From: an uncultured Gammaproteobacteria bacterium
GTDB taxonomy: Bacteria; Patescibacteriota; Microgenomatia; UBA8517
DNA length: 64,000 nt
Direction: 5' to 3'
NCBI GenBank assembly: GCA_964583685.1
Contig: CAZOVJ010000001.1
Coordinates: forward strand, 260,033 to 324,032
Shown here: positions 1 through 7,319 of the stretch, in pieces
Layout of the letters: every line of letters starts with the position of its first letter
Position numbering within the stretch: position 1 is the first letter of the stretch
The notes under the pieces: model-generated
Databases searched by the model: none
Told to the model about the DNA's origin: nothing
Seen by the model: the letters and a program-made list of their open reading frames with translations, nothing else
Program-made: the position numbers and the translations under genes

Positions 1-11
1 ATTGTTTACTT

Positions 12-85
12 GGGGCTGTAGCTCAGTTGGCTAGAGTGTCCGCCTGTCGAGCGGAAGGTCGCGGGTTCGAGTCCCGTCAGCCCCG
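12..85 (+). tRNA. tRNA-Asp(GTC)
   Basis: Acceptor stem GGGGCTG/CAGCCCC, anticodon arm TCCGC-CTGTCGA-GCGGA, T-loop TTCGAGT; CCA not encoded. Confidence 0.96.
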
Positions 86-178
86 CTAAATTATTAGCCC
101 CAGGAAACACCTCATACCACCCCAGTCTTGGGAACACATCTAGACAATTTTTGTAGAAAAGAGTAATATCCTACATAG

Positions 179-445
179 ATGGCTGAACGAAATATAAGAG
201 CGGAGTTTGGTGTCAAGTATGGCTTTGTGCTTGGGACAGACAGGCCATTCTATGGAATTACAGATACCGAAATGCGGCCAGAAAAAAATATAGCACCAGA
301 CCCAGCCGCAGAAGGTGATATTCAAACCAATGAATCATTAGCAGAAGGGGCAACTGGAATTAGCAGTGACCCTTCTCTTATCAGGCAGAGATCTCCCCTG
401 GTAACGGTAGATGATAATCAGAGCGAAAACCCTTACGACCGTTAA
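179..445 (+). CDS. Hypothetical protein (88 aa, acidic/low complexity)
   Basis: ATG-started ORF filling the gap after tRNA-Asp; no recognisable motif. Confidence 0.45.
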   Translation: MAERNIRAEFGVKYGFVLGTDRPFYGITDTEMRPEKNIAPDPAAEGDIQTNESLAEGATGISSDPSLIRQRSPLVTVDDNQSENPYDR

Positions 446-558
446 ACATTCAACTTTCATACAAAATAGACGTTCCCCAAATAGTCAACTAGTACCCGCA
501 AAAGTTCGAAAAAGCTCCATAGGATTCATTGGCCTTTTTTTCTGGTATAATTTCCCCA

Positions 559-1200
559 ATGAAGAAAACAAAACTTATTTGTTTTGACGTCGATGGAACC
601 CTAGTTGATGGTGTATCCTGGCTGCTTCTAACTAAGGACTTAGGATGTTCTACACAACAGCATCTTGATATTTTTCATCAAGCAAAAGATGGCAAAATTT
701 CATTTGTCGAAGCAGAAAGACTGTTAACAAAAATGTACATAGATAGTGGAAATGCCAATAAACCCTTTATCAAAAACTTATTTTCAAAAATAAAGCTTAG
801 ACCTGGGGTAAAGAAGTTAATTTCTTATTTAAAAGAAAAAGATTATCTCATTTATTTAATCTCAGGTGCAATTGATATTTGTGTTGAGAAAGTAGCTAAA
901 AAATTGAAAGCAAATGGTTTTTATGCCAATTCAACGCTTGAGTTTGATAAGAAAGATGCTCTCAAAAAGATACACTATAGAGATAACCAGGGAGAAGTAA
1001 AGGTTGAACAACTTAAACAGTTGCTTAAGAAACTAGAAATAAAAACCAACGAAGTTATCTTTATCGGCGATAGCGAAAATGATATAGAAGTATTTAAGTT
1101 CATCGGAAAAGGTATTGCCGTGTACTGTTTTAATGAAGATTTGAAAAAGGTTGCCTGGAAAGTAGTTGACACTTTACCCGATATTAAAAAGCTTCTGTGA
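559..1200 (+). CDS. HAD-IB family phosphatase (phosphoserine phosphatase-like)
   Basis: Motifs FDVDGTL, ISG, K, IGDSEND; start placed at ATG 559, 7 nt after TATAAT. Confidence 0.88.
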   Translation: MKKTKLICFDVDGTLVDGVSWLLLTKDLGCSTQQHLDIFHQAKDGKISFVEAERLLTKMYIDSGNANKPFIKNLFSKIKLRPGVKKLISYLKEKDYLIYLISGAIDICVEKVAKKLKANGFYANSTLEFDKKDALKKIHYRDNQGEVKVEQLKQLLKKLEIKTNEVIFIGDSENDIEVFKFIGKGIAVYCFNEDLKKVAWKVVDTLPDIKKLL

Positions 1201-1401
1201 AACAGCGTGAAAAGTATTGAGTAATAAAATTTGTCTGAGTAACTTTCTTCTCCAATCGTGCCTAACATTCAAAAATAAGTGAACGTCCCTTCTTCGTCAA
1301 GACGCCGAAAGGTTCCGGCGTCAAATATGTCCAGCTGATAAAGTTTAACTTATCTTCTCTTTTTGTTGTATTTTAAAACCTAAGGTTCTATAATTGCCCA
1401 T

Positions 1402-2022
1402 ATGCCAACACAAAGAGAAAGATTTGTTGCGCCAAATGACCCTATTCTTATCCAAAAGGCAGAAGCAATTCCCCCCAAAGAGATAACATCTACTGAGACT
1501 CAAAATATAATAGAGCAAATGCTTGATATAGCATATAGAGTACAAGGAGATAGGAGTAAAGCAATTCTTGTTGGCTTGGCAGCTCCACAAGTTGGTATTT
1601 CCCGAAAAATAATACTTGTAGATGTAGGTGCTGATGGCCGTGGTGAAGTCTCTGATCTAAGAGTCTATATTAACCCCGAAATCACTTGGCTGTCCGTAGA
1701 AAAAGAGGAGTGGTATGAAGGATGTTTTTCCACAGACAAAGTCTGCGGAATTGTTTCAAGACCCAAATCAATCAAGATAAAAGCTTACACCAGGGAAGGA
1801 AACCCAATCGAAGAAGAGCATTCAGGTTATGTTGCAAGAATATTTCAACACGAAATAGACCACTTAAACGGTATTGAATTTGTTGAACACATAACTGATG
1901 ACGATAAACTTCATTGGGTAGAAAGCAACGAATTCCCCAAATATCGTAATAATGAAGCCTGGAGAAGATGGCCCAATAAATGTCCTAGGAGAAAGTGGGA
2001 AGCAATAAAAGGAATTAAATAA
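1402..2022 (+). CDS. def: Peptide deformylase
   Basis: Three PDF motifs GLAAPQVG, EGCFS, QHEIDHLNG. Confidence 0.95.
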   Translation: MPTQRERFVAPNDPILIQKAEAIPPKEITSTETQNIIEQMLDIAYRVQGDRSKAILVGLAAPQVGISRKIILVDVGADGRGEVSDLRVYINPEITWLSVEKEEWYEGCFSTDKVCGIVSRPKSIKIKAYTREGNPIEEEHSGYVARIFQHEIDHLNGIEFVEHITDDDKLHWVESNEFPKYRNNEAWRRWPNKCPRRKWEAIKGIK

Positions 2023-2146
2023 TATTTTCAACCCACCCAGGCTCTTGACTTTTTGCCTTACTTAATCTAAATTCAACTTGCATTAATAAACTCTGCCTAT
2101 CTATAAACCTCTGTCTCCTGCCCTCTATTAAAAATCAAAGGAGGGG

Positions 2147-2701
2147 GTGAAAAAACTGAATCTTAAATCAATATTAAAGGCCTTAAAATTAAACGAATCC
2201 ACAATAAGCATGATTTTGGGTGCCTTAGTTGTGGTTGTTGTTGGGATTCTACTTGTAAGATATTTTCGAAACTTAAGCACTCAGCCCTTACCGACAACTG
2301 GTGTTCCCGCCGAACAGAAAATGTCAATAGGAAAATATATCGTAAAAAAGGGTGATAATCTTTGGAAGATTGCCGAGATGCAATTTGGTTCTGGGTACAA
2401 CTGGGTAGATATTGCCAACGAAAATGGAATTAGCAATCCAAACCTAATAGAAGAAGGGCAAGAATTAGTTATTCCAGATGTTCAGGCAAAACAGTTAACA
2501 GTGCAGGAAGTTGAAGAGGACATTACTTCTCAAGAAACTTTTTCCGAAGCGACCTACACAGTTGCCCAAGGAGACAATCTATGGAACATTGCTCTAAAAG
2601 CTTACGGTGACGGGTATAAATGGGTGGAAATCGCGCGTGAAAACAATTTAGCCAACCCCGACCTAATCCACCCGGGCAATATATTTATTCTTCCCAGATA
2701 G
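2147..2701 (+). CDS. Membrane-anchored protein with two LysM peptidoglycan-binding domains
   Basis: N-terminal TM helix; two YxVxxGDNLWxIA...IAxxN..NPxLI.PG/EG repeats; GTG start after GGAGG. Confidence 0.92.
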   Translation: MKKLNLKSILKALKLNESTISMILGALVVVVVGILLVRYFRNLSTQPLPTTGVPAEQKMSIGKYIVKKGDNLWKIAEMQFGSGYNWVDIANENGISNPNLIEEGQELVIPDVQAKQLTVQEVEEDITSQETFSEATYTVAQGDNLWNIALKAYGDGYKWVEIARENNLANPDLIHPGNIFILPR

Positions 2702-2714
2702 AAATTTCTGAAAA

Positions 2715-2723
2715 TGATATAAT
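2715..2723 (+). promoter_or_regulatory. Extended -10 promoter (TGnTATAAT) for the nested tRNA-Gly locus
   Basis: TGATATAAT ends 13 nt before the outer tRNA 5' end. Confidence 0.7.
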
Positions 2724-2769
2724 AATCTCGCATTTAGCGGGATTAGTTGAGTGGCTCAACACCACCTCC

Positions 2770-2876
2770 CCTGCCTACGCAGCTTGCAGCGGTAGTTCAG
2801 TGGTAGAATGTCTGCTTCCCAAGCAGAAGGTCGCCGGTTCGAATCCGGTCCGCTGCTCCACTTGCCAGTGGGCAGG
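2770..2876. mobile_element. Inverted-repeat-bounded insertion (CCTGCCTAC...GTGGGCAGG) carrying a whole tRNA-Gly
   Basis: 9-bp terminal inverted repeats 2770-2778/2868-2876 with one G-U pair; same terminal motif at 8935 and 56731; mobility is inferred. Confidence 0.6.
2786..2860 (+). tRNA. Inner tRNA-Gly(CCC), complete, CCA encoded
   Basis: GCAGCGG/CCGCTGC acceptor, TCTGC-TTCCCAA-GCAGA anticodon arm, GCCGG-TTCGAAT-CCGGT T arm, U73-CCA. Confidence 0.95.
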
Positions 2877-3020
2877 CAAGGTGGAAACACGGGTTCAATT
2901 CCCGTATCCCGTTCTAAAAATGGCAGAAATGTATAGTAATTTACATAAAGTTACTAACCAAAGACAAGAAACCTAGTCAAATTCGCCGATAATACTTATA
3001 ATAAAATAAACAATTCATTT

Positions 3021-4439
3021 ATGGCAGAAAGAAAATCAGACTTAAACAAGAGCATAGAAGGTTCTTCTCAACAATTAATGGTCGAAAGACTAGGACTATC
3101 ATTTCAAGCTCGCCAAGATTTTGCAAAAGCACTAGAGATTGCAAGTACGCTTCCTGCTGGTCTCTTAAGGGTATACCCCCTCATTCATATTGGCAGGGCA
3201 CAAGTTCGAAGTGGGATAGACTCCTCTCCGTCGCTTGCGGGCTTAGCTCAACTTGCGGAAGAGCAAGAACAAATCTATGGACAGTTTATTCATGAGGGAA
3301 TTGCGCTAGTGCATATTGAAGCAGGAGAGTTTGAGCACGCTCAAGAAGCATTGAATCGAGCACCTCGAGTACCATCTGAACCCAGATTTTATTTTGAGCT
3401 AGCCAAAGCAAAATTCAACCATGGACAAGACCCAACGTCTGAGTTATCAAGGGTTCGCTTAGAAATTGAAGAACGTGAGACCAAGTATTTAAGTGGTGGT
3501 ATCAGCTCTTATGCAGAGCTAGCGGAAGCTCATTATCAAGCAACTGGTGAATATCCAGAAGAATACCTTGCAAAAGCTGAGGCCAACATAGAAGCATATG
3601 CACAAGAATATCCCGACGCGATAGATCTGCCTGAGTGGTATGGAGATATTGCCAAGGCGTATGCAACTGCAGGTAATTTCGAGAGAGCACGAGCTTTGGT
3701 CGATAAAATCAAAGGATACAACCCAATCTCTGAAGCACAAACAAAAATGCGAACCCTTGAGCATATTACAAGGGAGCAGGTAGCAAGAGGACTTTATCAC
3801 GAAGCAATCGCCAATGCAGAACTCGCAATTCAAACAGTTGAACAGGCGGAAGTTAAGCCTGAACATTTAAAGGCTCACATAGAACATAACCGCACGGCTG
3901 GAGTCGTTAAATTATTTGCACTTATAGGTATGGCCCAAGGTTTAGCTGGTGAGGATAGTTCTGAGGCGTTGGGTACCGCATTGGAACGAGTTGATCGGAT
4001 GCCTCAAGATGGTTACTGGGAAATGGATATCTTGGTAGAAATTGCAAGAGCGCAGAGAGAAGTCGGGTTAGATATAAATCCAACTCTGGCTCGTGCGCTA
4101 GCCGGACTAGACGCCATGCCACAAGCTCCAGATTATGACAATTATTATGACTTGGTTCAACAAGTGATGGGTTATGAAAAACTTGCAAAAGTTCAGGCGG
4201 AGTTTGGTCAGATTAACGAGGCAAGAATGGCACTGAACCGCCTAGAAAACATGAACGATAATGGCATTGATACTAAAGATGCGATTACCGAAGTATTGGC
4301 AAGTATTGCAGAGGCAGAGGCAAAACAAGGTTTATCACCTGAGGAGTTGGAGCAATTTCCGACACAAATTGTTGAGTCGATTCTTGTAGGAAAAAATGAA
4401 ACAGCAAAACAAGCACTTCAATACTTTAAACTCAACTAA
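3021..4439 (+). CDS. TPR-like alpha-helical repeat hypothetical protein
   Basis: Recurring xxIAxAxAxxGxFExAxxxL helical units; acidic; lies between tRNA-Gly and tRNA-Thr. Confidence 0.7.
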   Translation: MAERKSDLNKSIEGSSQQLMVERLGLSFQARQDFAKALEIASTLPAGLLRVYPLIHIGRAQVRSGIDSSPSLAGLAQLAEEQEQIYGQFIHEGIALVHIEAGEFEHAQEALNRAPRVPSEPRFYFELAKAKFNHGQDPTSELSRVRLEIEERETKYLSGGISSYAELAEAHYQATGEYPEEYLAKAEANIEAYAQEYPDAIDLPEWYGDIAKAYATAGNFERARALVDKIKGYNPISEAQTKMRTLEHITREQVARGLYHEAIANAELAIQTVEQAEVKPEHLKAHIEHNRTAGVVKLFALIGMAQGLAGEDSSEALGTALERVDRMPQDGYWEMDILVEIARAQREVGLDINPTLARALAGLDAMPQAPDYDNYYDLVQQVMGYEKLAKVQAEFGQINEARMALNRLENMNDNGIDTKDAITEVLASIAEAEAKQGLSPEELEQFPTQIVESILVGKNETAKQALQYFKLN

Positions 4440-4597
4440 GGATAAGACTGGAGTTCGAAATCAGACCTAATCAGAGATTTTAGGTCCGAGCCTGAGTACA
4501 GTCTCCCGCTCCTTCATATAGAGAGCATCTCTTCCCCAAGGCAGACTGGAAAATTTAGAAGTCTGAGATAGCTCGGATATGGTATACTTTGGGCCTT

Positions 4598-4670
4598 GCC
4601 AGGATAGCTCAGCAGGTAGAGCACTGCTTTCGTAAAGCAGGGGTCGTGGGTTCGATTCCCTCTCCTGGCT
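4598..4670 (+). tRNA. tRNA-Thr(CGT)
   Basis: GCCAGGA/TCCTGGC acceptor, CTGCT-TTCGTAA-AGCAG anticodon arm, TTCGATT T loop; TGGTATACT extended -10 just upstream. Confidence 0.95.
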
Positions 4671-4694
4671 CAAAAGACAAAAACTAATGAGAAA

Positions 4695-5414
4695 ATGAGA
4701 AGAAAATTCTACTCAAGGCTGAATAGGCTGGAAAAAAAGAGATATTTACGTAGCGCAGTAATTTTTGGTTTTTTGACAATCGGATTAATTATATTACTCT
4801 TTGTTTTCGGTCTACCAACGATTGCCAAGTTCGCCGCCTTCCTGACAAATCTTAAGCAAAGTACGGAAGTGATCGAACAAGTTGATACCACCCCGCCGGC
4901 TCCACCCCGAATAGACCTTTTACCTGAATTTACTAACAAAACAAAAACAGAAATTCAAGGAAATACTGAACCAGGAACAAACATAGTTTTTTTTCTGAAT
5001 AATAAAAAGGGGGAAACCTTAGCCAACAAAAACGGTGCCTTTTCTCTAACCCTCTCTTTAAATGAAGGAGAGAATACCTTTTCCATATTAGCAAAAGATG
5101 CCTCAGGCAATGAAAGCCAAAAGTCCAAGATTTTTAAAATTATTTTTGACAACGTTTCTCCCGAGCTTGAAATTAACAAGCCCGAGGATGGAACCGAGTT
5201 TTTTGGGGCAAAACAAAGACAAATTGTCATTGAAGGTAAAACCGAGGAAAACGCATCCGTTAAAATCAACGATCGAATAGTTGTTGTTAATGAAGATGGC
5301 TCTTTTGTTTTTGTCACAACTCTTTCTGAGGGAGAGAATAAATTCACCATAAAAACACAAGATAGAGCAGGAAACGAATCTGAAAAGTCACTTACTACCT
5401 TCTTCTTTCCGTGA
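4695..5414 (+). CDS. Membrane-anchored protein with two bacterial Ig-like domains
   Basis: TM helix then DTTPP..P and two LxEGENxFxIxxxDxAGNES beta-sandwich repeats. Confidence 0.8.
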   Translation: MRRKFYSRLNRLEKKRYLRSAVIFGFLTIGLIILLFVFGLPTIAKFAAFLTNLKQSTEVIEQVDTTPPAPPRIDLLPEFTNKTKTEIQGNTEPGTNIVFFLNNKKGETLANKNGAFSLTLSLNEGENTFSILAKDASGNESQKSKIFKIIFDNVSPELEINKPEDGTEFFGAKQRQIVIEGKTEENASVKINDRIVVVNEDGSFVFVTTLSEGENKFTIKTQDRAGNESEKSLTTFFFP

Positions 5415-5424
5415 TTAACGAAGA

Positions 5425-6597
5425 CTAGAAGCAACTAGAAGCAAGAAGAATCCCCATCCAGCCCATCACCCAAGGATAAAACATGCTTCCAACAAATAAA
5501 CTATGAACAATAAGAGCAACACTAGTGGCGATAAATAAAGTTCGATTAAATCCAACCGGAATCTTCTTACTCAGTTGGTAAACAATATCTATAAAAAGAA
5601 GAAAACCAATAACTCCTGTTGTTGCCAAGACAAAAAGAAGACTTGAATCTGAGCCGGAACAAGAGTGGGAACCAAATTCTCCTTTACCAAGATATTTCTG
5701 GCGGGCCAAACAAAGATTATTAAAACCAACTCCAAACAAAGGTGATTTCTTGATGATCAGCAAAGTCTGTGAATAATTTTCAAGCCTGGCATAAATACTA
5801 AACATCCGCTCAAGCTTAACGCCTTCACTGGATGGACGGGGAAGGAGAAAGATTAATAATGTTAAAATTAAGAGAACAATAAAGAAAATTCTCAGCCTCT
5901 TCTTTAAAAGAAAAACAACAAAAATACCTGCCAATAGGGCTAAATATCCAGCCCGCGAATAAGTGAAACCAATTGTCATCAAGAGAAAAAGCAAAGGAAA
6001 AATATATTTTCTCTTTTTATTTTCTAGGAATTTTAGAAAACATATCAAAAAACCAAAAACCAAAATTATACTGGTAAAACCAGGGTCTAAAAAGGTCCCA
6101 ACAAGCCTATAAAGATGATCATCCCAACCCCAAATTGTCAAAGACCTTATGTCTGGATAAAAAAGATATTGAATCCAGCCAAAAAAGGCGAGAATCAAGC
6201 TCACAGCTATTAAGGATTTAAGGAGTACGTTTCTTATTCCCTTTCTATTTTTAGCAAAATTCCAAGCAAGTAAGAAGAAAGAAACATAAGTAAAAAGGCG
6301 CAAAAGATATAAACCTCCAAAAAAAACTTCCTTTTGCCTAAAAATTAGTAATGAAAGAACGTAAGAAAACAAAGCAGCGAGCAGAAAGCTGAAGATATAT
6401 TTAAAAACTTTAGGTTTTTTATATTTTAATAGCAGACAGAAAGGCAAAGAAAGTGCGGCCACTAAATCTATAGGCTGAACCGGAATTACCAAATCTAAAA
6501 CTTTCAAATTAAATCTGAAAATCTGGCCAAAAGGAAAGAGTACCAAATAGACAAATACTAGGATCTGGCTAATTTTGTTCTTCGTTGTATTAACCAT
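5425..6597 (-). CDS. O-antigen ligase/Wzy-like polytopic membrane protein
   Basis: Many TM helices; RLVGTFLDP, TYSRAGY and PLFGVG motifs. Confidence 0.82.
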   Translation of the reverse strand: MVNTTKNKISQILVFVYLVLFPFGQIFRFNLKVLDLVIPVQPIDLVAALSLPFCLLLKYKKPKVFKYIFSFLLAALFSYVLSLLIFRQKEVFFGGLYLLRLFTYVSFFLLAWNFAKNRKGIRNVLLKSLIAVSLILAFFGWIQYLFYPDIRSLTIWGWDDHLYRLVGTFLDPGFTSIILVFGFLICFLKFLENKKRKYIFPLLFLLMTIGFTYSRAGYLALLAGIFVVFLLKKRLRIFFIVLLILTLLIFLLPRPSSEGVKLERMFSIYARLENYSQTLLIIKKSPLFGVGFNNLCLARQKYLGKGEFGSHSCSGSDSSLLFVLATTGVIGFLLFIDIVYQLSKKIPVGFNRTLFIATSVALIVHSLFVGSMFYPWVMGWMGILLASSCF

Positions 6598-7319
6598 AAC
6601 TCACTCCAAGACAAAAAAGAATGAAAACTCATCACTACTGCCATAACCAAACCCTGAATACCGTCTAAAAAACCAAGCCGAAAAAAATAATTTAAAATAA
6701 ACTTGGCCGAAGGATAGATTATTATTTTAACTATCAAGGACCTTTTGCCTTCTTTGAAATTAGCCTTAGCATGAAGCTGACTTTGAAAGTTTACATGTTT
6801 CAAAAAATCTCGGACGCTTGGATGTGGATAGTGAAGAATTGGATTTTTTAACAAGCCTTTTTTGCCTGGAACATCCCAGGTTTCATGAATAATTCTTCTC
6901 CACTTTCCCGCATCTGACCTTGCCAGCCGCAAAAGTCGGATGTTTCCGCTTTCCCCAAATCTTAAATATTTACCCAGCCAATAATCGCGTCGTTTTAAGT
7001 AATATCCAGTAACTACAGGGTTGGAAATTTTTTCCTTAATCTCTTTGGCCAATTCTTGGGAAACAAATTCATCAGCATCTATGAATAAAGCCCAATGGCT
7101 TTTTAGCTTTTTCAAGGCAAAATTTCTTTGAGCGCTAAAATCATCTCTCAATTCTCTTTTATAAACTCTTGCCCCAAATTTTTTAGCAATTTGGATAGTT
7201 TTATCAATTGAATTATCATCTACCACAATAGTTTCATCACACCAAAGAAGTCCTTTCAAGCATCTAACAAGCAAGGCTCCTTCATTTTTGGTAAGGACAA
7301 CCGCCGATATATTTTTCAT
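6558..7319 (-). CDS. GT2 glycosyltransferase (beta-1,4-glucosyltransferase-like)
   Basis: VVLTKNE, VVDDNSID, FSAQRN, FIDADE, GFLDG motifs. Confidence 0.9.
   Translation of the reverse strand: MKNISAVVLTKNEGALLVRCLKGLLWCDETIVVDDNSIDKTIQIAKKFGARVYKRELRDDFSAQRNFALKKLKSHWALFIDADEFVSQELAKEIKEKISNPVVTGYYLKRRDYWLGKYLRFGESGNIRLLRLARSDAGKWRRIIHETWDVPGKKGLLKNPILHYPHPSVRDFLKHVNFQSQLHAKANFKEGKRSLIVKIIIYPSAKFILNYFFRLGFLDGIQGLVMAVVMSFHSFLSWSELWLIQRRTKLARS

Larger units (their letters stand above)
2737..2913 (+). tRNA. Outer, interrupted tRNA-Gly-like gene with a ~107-nt insertion in the anticodon loop (possibly pseudo-tRNA)
   Basis: GCGGGAT/ATCCCGT acceptor, GTTG/CAAC D stem, CCACC/GGTGG anticodon stem, 4-nt variable loop, ACGGG-TTCAATT-CCCGT T arm, U73; loop remnants TCC..CAA suggest anticodon CCC. 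Confidence 0.85.

Noticed and set aside
2770-2876. Group I/II intron or archaeal BHB-type intron in the outer tRNA
   Set aside because: Too short, interior almost entirely a tRNA, no ribozyme core, and no clear bulge-helix-bulge at the junctions
2920-3030. ATGGCAGAAA repeated after the tRNA and at the TPR gene start
   Set aside because: Only 10 bp and bounds no gene; probably chance
4467-4673. 68-aa minus-strand ORF (SQERESNPRPLLYESSALPAELS)
   Set aside because: Typical antisense translation of tRNA-Thr, not a protein gene
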